Made by a program: the position numbers and the translations under genes. DNA of 59,919 nucleotides from an uncultured virus (IMG/VR IMGVR_UViG_3300023703_000810) (lineage: Duplodnaviria; Heunggongvirae; Uroviricota; Caudoviricetes), in the IMG/VR virus record IMGVR_UViG_3300023703_000810. The stretch is one strand, 5' to 3'. The notes under the pieces are model-generated. The model was not told the origin of the DNA. It saw only the letters and a program-made list of their open reading frames with translations, and did not search any database. This document shows, piece by piece, positions 27,868 through 37,577 of this stretch (positions are counted from its first letter, which is position 1; each line of letters begins with the position of its first letter).

Positions 27868-30600
27868 ATGATTACTTTTAAAGAATTATTCGAAGCTAAA
27901 GATGCAGGTGGTCATGGTTCTGAAAAGCACCATGTGACTGCCTTTACTCGTATGAACCCACCTACAACTGGGCACATGCAGGTTATCAACAAGCTACATG
28001 CTGTCGCTAAAAAGCATGGAGCAGAACATTCTCTAGTTGTTTCTCACTCCAATGATGCTAAGAAGAATCCTCTGACTCCAGAGCAGAAAATTAAACACCT
28101 AAAGCGTTACTCTCCAGAGACTAACGTTTCATCTTCTTCTAAAGAATCCCCAACAATCCTACATCATGCAGCTGAGTTGCATAAGAAAGGTGTTGAACAC
28201 CTACACGTTGTTGCTGGTTCTGATCGTCACGAACAACTACATAAGCTATTGCACCAGTACAATAACAAAGAAGCTGGCCATGGCCACTATAACTTCAAGA
28301 GCATTACAATGCACTCTTCTGGAGATCGTGATCCAGACTCTGAAGGTACTGAAGGTATGTCTGGTACTAAGATGCGTCAACATGCGCACGAAAACAATTT
28401 CAAGGAATTCCGTAAGGGTGTTCCATCTCACGTTTCTGACAAACACGCTCATGAGTTAATGAGCGATGTTCGTAAAGGTTCTGGTATTAAAGAAGAAGCC
28501 ATTAGCTATCAGACATTTATGGAAGTGCGTATGACTGCTGCCATGAAGCTACAGAAAGCATTCCAACGTGAACAAGAGAAAGCTGCTTCTGCACGTAAGG
28601 CTGGAGAAGAACTTCTAAAGAAGCCAGCACCACAGAAGACTAACGAGAGCATCACAGAAGAGGAAGAAATGATTTTCACAGAAAGCGTCCACGACAATCG
28701 TACAGGTTTTGCTAAACGTCGTCGTGAAGATGACGAAGGTGGTGAGTTGTATCGTCACACTTACAAGTACAATGTATCAAAGCCTGGAGTTAACGATGGT
28801 AAGAAACATGAGCGTCATGTGACTACTCCATTAACACCTCGTCCAAAGAAAGACTTGGAACATTTGGCTCGTGCTCACTTGACTAAACAAGGTTATCAGA
28901 TTCACGAAGAAGAGAAGCGTGGTGCATATAAACAAAAGTCACCAGTAGTTATCGCTCCGAAAGACCCAAAAGCTAAGAGCTATGGTAAGATCGTTTCTAA
29001 GATCCGCACAATGGCTGAAGAAACTGGTTCTTATGAAAAGTCAGAAGAGAACAAGAAGTCTGCTGACTCTGCTAAAGCGCAGGGTGATATGTTCGCACAC
29101 CACATGCACATGGCTGACCATCACGATAACCTATCTCAATGGCATGGTGAGAAGGGTCGCCATAGCGAAGCTGATCGTCATGCTGAGAAATCAGAACAAC
29201 ACCACGAAAAGGCTATGGGATTTAAAGAGTCTGTTGAACTAGACGAAGGTGTAGACCCTAGCGAAATCGCTGGCAACCCACGTATGTATAGCGCAGACTC
29301 TGCTAAGAAAGCATATTATCACAAACGTGCCACTGATTCTGAAAGAGAATCTCTAGCACGACATCTAGATCGTCATCATGGTAATAAGAACTGGCGCAAA
29401 CCAGTTAAAGAAGAAGCTGAGAGCCTAGAAGAATCTATGGCAGCTTCATGGAAATCAGTTCAATCTATGGACAAAGGTTCAGTTACTGGTGACAAGAGTG
29501 GCGTTGAAAAACGTCTAGCTTACTTGACAGCTGTTCATGCACACCACAAGAAATTCGGTAACGATACTCACAAAGTTCGTAAAGAAATCGAAAGTATCAA
29601 TCGTTCACGTATTAAAGAAGAAACTCAGGAGAACACAATGGGATTAAAGTCATTCATCACCCTAGTTAAAGAAGGTACATTGCAATCGTCTGGTGATGAT
29701 TCTATTCCTACATTGACTAGCGCACCAGCAAAAACAAAGAAGAAAGCTGAAGAAGCTATCGAAGAATCATACGCTAAGGTTGAGACTAAGAAGTATTCTT
29801 GGGGTACTATGAAGACTGCCCATCATGGCGCTTCTTTCTCTGTTCCATTACACCCAGAACACCACCAAGCTATCCATGCTTTGAAGCACGATCAAGAACA
29901 CAAGTTCAAGACTGAAGATGGTCGTCACTGGACTGCAAAGCGTCAAGGTGATGATGTTCACCTACACTCTGCCAACGATGGTCCAAAGACTAAGATCAAA
30001 CACTCTGATCTAAAGGAAGAAGTTGAACAGATCGAAGAACGCAACAAAGAAAACGCTACTAAGCGTAAGATGATGGATGCTTCTCGTGGTGCTCGTTTCA
30101 AACTAAACAATCCAGTACCTGATGCCGAACCAGAACACAAGACTGGTCAAGCACATAACAAGGCTATCGGGCGTGCTCTACGTAAAGAAGATGCTGACTT
30201 GGAAGAAGCTAAAATCAACGCAATGACTCCAGACCAGAAAGACAAACCAGTTGCTCCAAAGAACAAAAAGCCAGCTGTTGAGTCTGACTTGGTAAATGCC
30301 GCTGGTGATAAACCACACGAAGAAAAGTTCGAAACTGTTAAGAAAGAAGGCTTCTCTGTTTCTGAATTGCTCCAAGCACTGAAAGAAGGTATGTGGCCAG
30401 GAACTCCAGAATACAAAGCTAAGTACGATGGTGCTAAGCAAGGTGGTGGTGCTGGTGTTAAGAAGGGTTCACGTTATGGTGGTTCTCTACAGAAAGATGA
30501 ACCAGAAACTGATAATGATGATGCGCCAAAAGCAGGTCGTAAGGTCGGCTCCAAGTCTGGTGCTCGTAAAAATCTCGGCAACTCTAAGTTGCATAAATAA
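27868..30600 (+). CDS. Large late protein: N-terminal cytidyltransferase-like domain plus His/Glu-rich segments (putative internal head protein)
   Basis: RMNPPTTGH, VAGSDR, GMSGTKMR; many [ILV]xE motifs. Confidence 0.75.
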   Translation: MITFKELFEAKDAGGHGSEKHHVTAFTRMNPPTTGHMQVINKLHAVAKKHGAEHSLVVSHSNDAKKNPLTPEQKIKHLKRYSPETNVSSSSKESPTILHHAAELHKKGVEHLHVVAGSDRHEQLHKLLHQYNNKEAGHGHYNFKSITMHSSGDRDPDSEGTEGMSGTKMRQHAHENNFKEFRKGVPSHVSDKHAHELMSDVRKGSGIKEEAISYQTFMEVRMTAAMKLQKAFQREQEKAASARKAGEELLKKPAPQKTNESITEEEEMIFTESVHDNRTGFAKRRREDDEGGELYRHTYKYNVSKPGVNDGKKHERHVTTPLTPRPKKDLEHLARAHLTKQGYQIHEEEKRGAYKQKSPVVIAPKDPKAKSYGKIVSKIRTMAEETGSYEKSEENKKSADSAKAQGDMFAHHMHMADHHDNLSQWHGEKGRHSEADRHAEKSEQHHEKAMGFKESVELDEGVDPSEIAGNPRMYSADSAKKAYYHKRATDSERESLARHLDRHHGNKNWRKPVKEEAESLEESMAASWKSVQSMDKGSVTGDKSGVEKRLAYLTAVHAHHKKFGNDTHKVRKEIESINRSRIKEETQENTMGLKSFITLVKEGTLQSSGDDSIPTLTSAPAKTKKKAEEAIEESYAKVETKKYSWGTMKTAHHGASFSVPLHPEHHQAIHALKHDQEHKFKTEDGRHWTAKRQGDDVHLHSANDGPKTKIKHSDLKEEVEQIEERNKENATKRKMMDASRGARFKLNNPVPDAEPEHKTGQAHNKAIGRALRKEDADLEEAKINAMTPDQKDKPVAPKNKKPAVESDLVNAAGDKPHEEKFETVKKEGFSVSELLQALKEGMWPGTPEYKAKYDGAKQGGGAGVKKGSRYGGSLQKDEPETDNDDAPKAGRKVGSKSGARKNLGNSKLHK

Positions 30601-30626
30601 TAATAGTCCAATCAAGGAGAAATAAA

Positions 30627-31106
30627 ATGGCACTATGGGGAAACAAAGACAGCAAGACTGTCACTGGCACTATCGCTGTAACAAACAACAGTAAAGCAGT
30701 TGTTGGTACAGGTACTACATTTACAACTGAACTTAAGAGTGGTAACACTCTTGTTATCGCTAACGTAGAATATCGCATCGATTCTATCACCGATAACACT
30801 CACCTAACTTTAAACGTAGTTTATGGTGGTACTACAGCTGCTGACTTAACTGTTCTAGCAAACGAACAACCAGCATACATACCAAGCGATTCTTTGGCTC
30901 AAGTTTACGGTGTAGACTCTGGTAGCCCACGCTACGAAGCAGAGTTGGCAGCAAACCGTGCTCGTGGTTTGAAGACTCCAGGTTGGGTTAAGTATACTAC
31001 TTACCAAGACTCTGAAGGTAATACTCGTCACAAAGTTGAGACACTAGTAGCAATGGGTACTATTGCTGGTGATGCTGCTGACGACGCAGTCCTAGCAGAC
31101 GTCTAA
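30627..31106 (+). CDS. Virion structural/tail-associated protein
   Basis: MALWG...GTGTTFTTEL...PGWV...RHKVETLVAM; late promoter upstream. Confidence 0.65.
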   Translation: MALWGNKDSKTVTGTIAVTNNSKAVVGTGTTFTTELKSGNTLVIANVEYRIDSITDNTHLTLNVVYGGTTAADLTVLANEQPAYIPSDSLAQVYGVDSGSPRYEAELAANRARGLKTPGWVKYTTYQDSEGNTRHKVETLVAMGTIAGDAADDAVLADV

Positions 31107-31122
31107 TAAGTAGCTATGTAAT

Positions 31123-31150
31123 AATGGGGGAATTGTTCCCCCATTTTTTT
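31123..31150 (+). terminator. Intrinsic terminator
   Basis: AATGGGGGAA-TTG-TTCCCCCATT plus T tract. Confidence 0.85.
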
Positions 31151-31161
31151 GAAATGTGAGT

Positions 31162-31539
31162 ATGACTGAAAAATTAAATGAGAGTAATTTCCTTCTTTAT
31201 GCGATGCACCACTATGACAATACACAGTGTCATAGCCTTGCCGAGTTTGAAGAAGATCTGAAGAAGATTCTCTATCTTAAAAAACTGCTGTCACGTTATA
31301 AGAACAACGGTGAGTTAAGAGAGAGATTGATTTTGAATCATATCATAGTCTTGTATAACATCTTTGGTGATGCTGCTACAAGAATGCTGTTTTATAAAAT
31401 TGAAGAATCTAGTTGGGATGCCCTGATTACATTCTTAGTATACCTTGAACGTATGCCAGAGATGATTCCTGAATACGGAATTGTTCTCTCAGAAATTAAG
31501 TTAGATGAAACTATCATCTCATCATTGAGAAAATTATGA
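31162..31539 (+). CDS. Conserved T4-like hypothetical protein
   Basis: NFLLYAM...EFEEDL...RERLILNHII.LYNIFG. Confidence 0.75.
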   Translation: MTEKLNESNFLLYAMHHYDNTQCHSLAEFEEDLKKILYLKKLLSRYKNNGELRERLILNHIIVLYNIFGDAATRMLFYKIEESSWDALITFLVYLERMPEMIPEYGIVLSEIKLDETIISSLRKL

Positions 31540-32294
31540 TTGAAAATGTTTATACTAATTCCGATGGTACACAAACTGCTAAGTTATGTATCCCAGAAAA
31601 CCATACAAAATTATGCGTCTCAGTATCGAGTGGTACTGACTCTGCATTAGTTCTATATCTGGTCTGTTCATATATTACAGAACACGATAGAACTGGAGTT
31701 GAAATAACTGCGTTGCATTGCGTTGATTTAGTTCGTGCTCCAAAATCCAAACCAGACTTCGACCTTATTATCGATAGGTTTGAAAAAGAATTCCCGAACA
31801 TTAAATTTGTTAGAAGATATATTCAATTCGTAGAGACCGAGACTGAAAGTAAAGGTTCTGCTATAAAGAGAGAGACTGCTAAGATTATTGCCAACATTGG
31901 CATCCAATCATTCTTTGGTGGGCGCACTAAGAACCCTCCTAAAGAAGTTTGCGAATCTTTTGGTATACCGTTTCCACCTGCCCTTGTTAGACGAGAAGGT
32001 GAGAACGTACCGCAAGAGCATGTTCTAAGTATGATGGATAAATATAACAAGAAGACTGACAACCCAGATGAGTGTGTTGTTATGATTTCTAGGTTTTTGG
32101 GTAACGTTGATCGTTCATTCATAGCTGAGTATTACAATAAGATTGAGTTTCTAAAGAAACTGTTTCCACTAACAAAGTCTTGCATTAGCTCCGACATTCT
32201 ACAAACAGATGGTTGGAGAAAACCTTGTATGAAGTGTTGGTGGTGTAAAGAGAAGTTTTGGGCATTCCATCAGTACGATGGTGGCTCATTATAA
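31536..32294 (+). CDS. PP-loop ATPase, QueC-like
   Basis: SSGTDS PP-loop; TKSC...PCMKCWWCKE Zn motif. Confidence 0.65.
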   Translation: MIENVYTNSDGTQTAKLCIPENHTKLCVSVSSGTDSALVLYLVCSYITEHDRTGVEITALHCVDLVRAPKSKPDFDLIIDRFEKEFPNIKFVRRYIQFVETETESKGSAIKRETAKIIANIGIQSFFGGRTKNPPKEVCESFGIPFPPALVRREGENVPQEHVLSMMDKYNKKTDNPDECVVMISRFLGNVDRSFIAEYYNKIEFLKKLFPLTKSCISSDILQTDGWRKPCMKCWWCKEKFWAFHQYDGGSL

Positions 32295-32305
32295 TAGGAA
32301 AATAA

Positions 32306-32845
32306 ATGTCAAGAATCGTAGACAATTTAATCGCATTGAGAATCGTTAGAATGATCACTCAGAACTTTGAGGACACTGAAGCCTTCAAGTTAGGTATCAT
32401 CGATCATCAAGGTAACAATCTACGTAAGATGAGCACTCTCACTACTGATCAAGAACGTAGTGCATACACTTATCTAAATCGTCTAGTATTCAACATGAAG
32501 AAAATTCTGAACCGTCTTCCAGGTGGTGAGAACAGAATGAAGTCTCTTGTTGGTGCTCTATGGTTAGTCAAAGAATACTATGAGAGTGGTGCCCGCACTA
32601 CATCTCTAATGGAAGACCGCTACAAGCACATTATGCGTATCATCGATAGCGATGTAGTGCTTGCCGAAGAACAACTGATTGTCAACAAAGTTCTATCTGA
32701 AGAAGGTATGGGTGTTGCTGCTGTCGGTGGTGCTCCAACAAACAATACTGCTGGTCCAGTATCTGTACAAGAACCAAAAATACAAAAGAAGAACATTAAG
32801 AAGTATCAGATCATGGCTCGCCGTGGCAGCCCAGTAAAGGCTTAA
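32306..32845 (+). CDS. Conserved T4-like hypothetical (likely virion) protein
   Basis: AFKLGIID..G...AYTYLNRLVFNMKK. Confidence 0.7.
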   Translation: MSRIVDNLIALRIVRMITQNFEDTEAFKLGIIDHQGNNLRKMSTLTTDQERSAYTYLNRLVFNMKKILNRLPGGENRMKSLVGALWLVKEYYESGARTTSLMEDRYKHIMRIIDSDVVLAEEQLIVNKVLSEEGMGVAAVGGAPTNNTAGPVSVQEPKIQKKNIKKYQIMARRGSPVKA

Positions 32846-32846
32846 T

Positions 32847-33437
32847 ATGTGGATACTTGATTTCCTACCATTCTGGGTATTCCACCTAGTCTTATTGGCT
32901 GGTGTTGTCGGTCTTTTTGTCTCATTCTTTGTCGGTTCAATCCCATTCATAAACACATATCTACTCCCTGTGAAGATAGCATCAGCATTTTTGCTGATTT
33001 TTGGTCTTTACATGGAAGGTGGTATCTCAAACCAAGATCGTTGGGAAGCCAAAGTAGCTGAAGCTAAACTGGAAATGGCCAAGAAAGAGGTAGCTTCTGC
33101 TGAAGCCTCAACTAAGGTTATTACTAAATATATTACAAAAATCGAAATTGTCAAGGAGAAGGGTGATGCAATCCTTAAAGAAGTGCCAAAGTTTATCACT
33201 GCGTCTGATGATGGTCAGTGTGTTATCCCTAATGGTTTCGTCTTGCTCCACGACAGTGCCAGTCGCAATGAAGTTCCCAACTCCTCCAGAGGCGTTGATG
33301 AAGGAGCCTCCAGCGTTAAACTCTCTGGCGTCGCAAACACAGTCACAGAAAACTATACCCTCTACCACCAAGTAAGCCAACAGTTGAATTCACTTCAAGA
33401 GTGGGTTAGAGAACAACAATCAATCTACAATAAGTGA
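32847..33437 (+). CDS. rz: Inner-membrane spanin (Rz-like)
   Basis: N-terminal TM helices, coiled coil, C-IP.GFV.LHD; embeds a lipoprotein ORF. Confidence 0.75.
   Translation: MWILDFLPFWVFHLVLLAGVVGLFVSFFVGSIPFINTYLLPVKIASAFLLIFGLYMEGGISNQDRWEAKVAEAKLEMAKKEVASAEASTKVITKYITKIEIVKEKGDAILKEVPKFITASDDGQCVIPNGFVLLHDSASRNEVPNSSRGVDEGASSVKLSGVANTVTENYTLYHQVSQQLNSLQEWVREQQSIYNK
33166..33375 (+). CDS. rz1: Outer-membrane spanin lipoprotein (Rz1-like), embedded in +1 frame
   Basis: Basic N-terminus, hydrophobic stretch, VSSC lipobox, Pro-rich mature part. Confidence 0.7.
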   Translation: MQSLKKCQSLSLRLMMVSVLSLMVSSCSTTVPVAMKFPTPPEALMKEPPALNSLASQTQSQKTIPSTTK

Positions 33438-33446
33438 ACTATACCA

Positions 33447-33803
33447 ATGGAAACAGAAAGAATTGCTAAATTGGAAGCACAAGTCGAAGGTATCAAAGAT
33501 GACGTCAAAGACCTTAAAGCTGACGTCAAAGAAGTACATTCCAGAATAACCACTGGCAACAGGGAAATTATGGAAAAGATCGATAACATGGATAAGAGCC
33601 TAACTGCAAAGATGGCTACTAATTCAACTAAGAGCGCCGAACAGCATGAAGAGATCCAAAAGGAAATCAAAGCTGACATCGATAAGATTGCAAAACGTGT
33701 AGACGTTCTTGAAAATTGGAGATGGATGATTGTTGGTGGTGCAATTGCAGTAGGATATGTTGTAGGACATTTAGAGATTTTCTCAAAGTTCTTCGGCAAA
33801 TAA
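33447..33803 (+). CDS. Coiled-coil protein with C-terminal TM (holin/XhlA-like possible)
   Basis: RVDVLENWRWMIVGGAIAVG; next to the spanins. Confidence 0.55.
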   Translation: METERIAKLEAQVEGIKDDVKDLKADVKEVHSRITTGNREIMEKIDNMDKSLTAKMATNSTKSAEQHEEIQKEIKADIDKIAKRVDVLENWRWMIVGGAIAVGYVVGHLEIFSKFFGK

Positions 33804-33807
33804 AAGT

Positions 33808-33836
33808 TTGCTTGCAACTCCACGTTAGGGTATAAT
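33808..33836 (+). promoter_or_regulatory. sigma70-type promoter
   Basis: TTGCTT-N17-TATAAT. Confidence 0.6.
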
Positions 33837-33862
33837 AGTACCTTATCGTGGAGTTTTTCATT

Positions 33863-34894
33863 ATGCTATACATTGATGCAAAGTATGCTCAAATCTTGGG
33901 TGGTCGCCTAAGAAATTTCAAACAAAAGAAAGATTACCTCTGGAACTTCAGTTGTCCAGTTTGTGGGGATAGTACACGCAATAAAAATAAAGCACGTGGT
34001 TACATCTATCGTGCTCGTGCTGACCTTCTTGCAAAGTGTCACAAGTGCGGTTACTCGTCCAACATCGGTAACTTAATCAAGTATGTTGACGCAACTCTCT
34101 ACGATGAGTATGTTCTTGAACGCTACAAAGCTGGAGCGACTCGATACCATGACCACAAAGACGTCTCAGACACTCGAGTTGTTTTAGAAACTCCAACAGT
34201 TGACTTGCTTGAAGACGATGTCCTAGAATCTCTGACACGGATGGATAAGTTACCAATGACACATCCAGCACTGAAGACATTGATTGATAGGAAGATCCCC
34301 AGAGAGTTCTGGAATCTTCTCTACTTTGCTCCAAAGTTTAAGGCATTCGTTAATTCGGTAACACCGAAGTTTCAAGAGCCGATTGTAGATGAACACCCAC
34401 GACTGATCATCCCGTTCTTTACTAATGCTGGTAAGTGTTTTGCTTTTCAAGGCAGAGCGTTCGGAGATGAACAACCTAAGTATTACACAATTAAAGTAGA
34501 CGAGACTGAGGAGAAAATTTATGGACTCGACAGAATTGATTTCAGCAAACGAATCTATGTTGTGGAGGGTCCACTCGACTCTCTCTTCATCCCCAATTGC
34601 ATTGCTGTGTCAGGAAGCTCTTTTGACACCCCTACTGTGCGGAGCCTTCTTACTAATGCAACGCTAGTAATGGACAATGAGCCTCGTTCTAAAGATATCT
34701 GCAAATTACTTGCTAAGAACATTAAGGCTGGATACAGTGTTTGTATGTTTCCCGAAAACATCGAACAAAAAGATATCAATGATATGATAATTAAGGGTGG
34801 TTTGACACCCGAGGAGATTCTCGAAACGATAAATACAAATACCTTTTCGGGAATTGAAGCGACACTTAGATTTAGTACATGGAAGAAAATATGA
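33863..34894 (+). CDS. 61: DNA primase (gp61)
   Basis: CPVCGDS Zn ribbon, VVEGPLDSLF TOPRIM, DNEPR, KDINDM. Confidence 0.95.
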   Translation: MLYIDAKYAQILGGRLRNFKQKKDYLWNFSCPVCGDSTRNKNKARGYIYRARADLLAKCHKCGYSSNIGNLIKYVDATLYDEYVLERYKAGATRYHDHKDVSDTRVVLETPTVDLLEDDVLESLTRMDKLPMTHPALKTLIDRKIPREFWNLLYFAPKFKAFVNSVTPKFQEPIVDEHPRLIIPFFTNAGKCFAFQGRAFGDEQPKYYTIKVDETEEKIYGLDRIDFSKRIYVVEGPLDSLFIPNCIAVSGSSFDTPTVRSLLTNATLVMDNEPRSKDICKLLAKNIKAGYSVCMFPENIEQKDINDMIIKGGLTPEEILETINTNTFSGIEATLRFSTWKKI

Positions 34895-35559
34895 AAGTCA
34901 GAATGATTAGTTATAGCAAACCCTCTCGTGAGATGTACGATGAAGGTTTGATGGACGTACAAGAGTTAATTGCGTTTTGTGCCCGAGTGTCCAATCCAAG
35001 CAATCAATTCAACACAGAGACATCAGAGAAGTTAATTAAGTATCTCATCAAACACCAACACTGGTCACCACTTGAAATGGTGTCAGCTTGTTTGGAAGTT
35101 GAGACTACTCGAGATATCGCTCGCCAGATTCTCCGCCACCGTTCTTTCTCATTCCAAGAATTCAGCCAACGTTACGCAGATCCAACTAAAGATTTGGACT
35201 TTGTGCTCCGTGAGGCACGACTACAAGACGAAAAGAATCGTCAAAATAGCGTTGGTACTGATGATGCGGAATTGAAAGCATGGTGGGACGCTAAGCAAAA
35301 GTTTATCATCGACATTGTCAAGACAACATACGGTGAAGCTATTGCTAAAGGAATCGCAAAAGAACAAGCGCGTGCTATCTTACCAGAAGGTAACACTGTG
35401 TCTCGTTTGTATATGAATGGTACTATCCGTTCATGGATCCACTTTATCCAAGTCCGTGGTGGCAACGGTACTCAAAAAGAACACATGGAAGTCGCAAGAG
35501 AATGCGCAAGGGTCATCGCAGAGGTATTCCCTCTAGCAGATGAGTTCGTAACAAAATAA
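34891..35559 (+). CDS. thyX: Flavin-dependent thymidylate synthase
   Basis: HWSPLE, RHRSFSFQEFSQRY. Confidence 0.97.
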   Translation: MKVRMISYSKPSREMYDEGLMDVQELIAFCARVSNPSNQFNTETSEKLIKYLIKHQHWSPLEMVSACLEVETTRDIARQILRHRSFSFQEFSQRYADPTKDLDFVLREARLQDEKNRQNSVGTDDAELKAWWDAKQKFIIDIVKTTYGEAIAKGIAKEQARAILPEGNTVSRLYMNGTIRSWIHFIQVRGGNGTQKEHMEVARECARVIAEVFPLADEFVTK

Positions 35560-35573
35560 TAACAAGAGGCATT

Positions 35574-37370
35574 ATGCAAGAAACAGTGCATGGCATAAAG
35601 GTTGACTACACCCGAGATAGTCTGTTCGATGAATTAGGTTTAATTAGATTAAAAGAAAGTTACATGAAGGATGACGAAACGTCACCACAAGAGAGATTCG
35701 CGTTTGTTAGTTCTACTTTTGGTAGTAACCCAGAGCATGCTCAGCGCCTGTACGAATATTCAAGCAAGCACTGGTTGTCGTATTCAACGCCAATTTTATC
35801 TTTCGGACGTTCCAAGCGTGGTCTGCCAATTTCCTGTTTCTTAAACTACATTGAAGATACTGCCGAAGGTTTAGTAGATAACTACAGCGAAACAAGCTGG
35901 TTATCAATGATGGGCGGTGGTGTTGGAATTGGTTTTGGTATCCGTTCTGCCAGCGATAAGTCTACTGGTGTTATGCCTCACTTGAAGACATATGATGCTT
36001 CTTCTCTTGCATACAAACAAGGCAGCACTCGTCGTGGTTCTTACGCTGCTTATCTGAACATTGATCATCCAGATATTATCTCCTTCTTGGAAATGCGTAA
36101 ACCAACTGGTGATCCAAACATGCGTTGTCTGAATCTGCACCATGGTATTAACATTCCAGATCGTTTTATGGAAATCATTGAACGTGCTATGGTTGATGAT
36201 CATGCTGATGACTCATGGGAATTAAAAGACCCAGCATCTGGCGAAGTTCGTGAAGTTGTATCAGCCAAAGAACTATGGCAACGTATCCTTGAGATGCGCA
36301 TGCAGACTGGTGAGCCATACATCCACTTCATTGATGAATCAAACCGTAAGCTGCCTAAGCATTTGAAGGATCTGGGGTTAAAGGTTCATCAGTCCAATCT
36401 TTGCTCTGAGATTATCTTACCGACGAATGAAGAGCGAACAGCCGTTTGTTGCTTGTCTTCTTTGAACTTGGAATATTATGATGAGTGGAAACACGACACA
36501 TTATTCCTCAAAGACATTGCTGAGATGCTAGATAACGTACTTCAGTATTTTATTGATAACGCACCCGACTCTATTGCTCGCGCTAAATACTCTGCTATGC
36601 GTGAACGCTCAATTGGTATCGGTGCACTAGGTTGGCATGCTTTCCTACAGCGTAACAATCTACCATGGGAAAGTTCTTTGGCTGTTGGAAAGAACAAACA
36701 AATCTTCTCATATGTAAGAGGTAAATTAGATGAAGCGAACAAAGAGTTGGGATCTGAACGAGGTGAAGCGCCAGATGCAGTGGGTACTGGGAATCGCTTT
36801 AGTCATCTTATGGCTATTGCTCCCAATGCTTCTTCTTCCATTCTCATGGGCAATACTAGTCCTTCTATTGAACCTTATCGTGCCAATGCTTATCGCCAAG
36901 ACACTCTATCGGGTTCTCACCTAAACAAGAACCGCTACTTAGATGCAATCATTCAAAAAGAAGCAGTCAATCATAAAGAGGGTTGGGCAGATGAAGTATG
37001 GTCGAGCATCATTGCGAATGATGGTTCAGTTCAGCATATCGATTGGATGGACGCGTGGACAAAAGATGTTTTCAAAACTTCTATGGAAATCGACCAGCGC
37101 TGGGTCGTCCAACATGCAGCAGATAGGCAAGTACATATAGATCAAGCTCAGTCCTTGAATGTGTTCTTTAGACCAGACAGCCACATCAAGTACATCCACG
37201 CAGTTCATTTCCAAGCATGGAAACAAGGATTGAAGACTATGTACTACTGCCGTTCTGATAAGATCGCTAAGGCTGACAAAGTTTCTAAGCGTATCGAACG
37301 TGAAGTTATGAAAGAGATTGACCTTCATGCTTTGACAGAAGGTAATGATTGTCTTGCTTGCGAGGGTTAA
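35574..37370 (+). CDS. nrdA: Ribonucleotide reductase class I alpha subunit (no ATP cone)
   Basis: ISCF, QSNLCSE, APNASSS, KTMYY, CLACEG. Confidence 0.96.
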   Translation: MQETVHGIKVDYTRDSLFDELGLIRLKESYMKDDETSPQERFAFVSSTFGSNPEHAQRLYEYSSKHWLSYSTPILSFGRSKRGLPISCFLNYIEDTAEGLVDNYSETSWLSMMGGGVGIGFGIRSASDKSTGVMPHLKTYDASSLAYKQGSTRRGSYAAYLNIDHPDIISFLEMRKPTGDPNMRCLNLHHGINIPDRFMEIIERAMVDDHADDSWELKDPASGEVREVVSAKELWQRILEMRMQTGEPYIHFIDESNRKLPKHLKDLGLKVHQSNLCSEIILPTNEERTAVCCLSSLNLEYYDEWKHDTLFLKDIAEMLDNVLQYFIDNAPDSIARAKYSAMRERSIGIGALGWHAFLQRNNLPWESSLAVGKNKQIFSYVRGKLDEANKELGSERGEAPDAVGTGNRFSHLMAIAPNASSSILMGNTSPSIEPYRANAYRQDTLSGSHLNKNRYLDAIIQKEAVNHKEGWADEVWSSIIANDGSVQHIDWMDAWTKDVFKTSMEIDQRWVVQHAADRQVHIDQAQSLNVFFRPDSHIKYIHAVHFQAWKQGLKTMYYCRSDKIAKADKVSKRIEREVMKEIDLHALTEGNDCLACEG

Positions 37371-37577
37371 ATGGACGCATACGATCTATCGTCTCAGATG
37401 AAAAAACTGTGGGGAGAAGAATATCTCCACTGGCAAGATTCAGCTGAGACGAATAAAGAAAAGATAATTGTGCCAGTCTATGTTTATACAGACAAAGGTG
37501 CAGTAAAAGTTAAATCTATCGGTGTGGATCCCACACTCGGTATTATGTTGGAGTTAGAAGATGGTAAAGAAGAGTAA
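37371..37577 (+). CDS. Hypothetical protein between nrdA and nrdB
   Basis: ORF abutting the nrdA stop. Confidence 0.6.
   Translation: MDAYDLSSQMKKLWGEEYLHWQDSAETNKEKIIVPVYVYTDKGAVKVKSIGVDPTLGIMLELEDGKEE

Noticed and set aside
31536..32294. 7-deazaguanine DNA-modification pathway based on the QueC-like gene
   Set aside because: No folE, queD, queE or dpdA is recognisable in this window; the PP-loop gene alone is insufficient.
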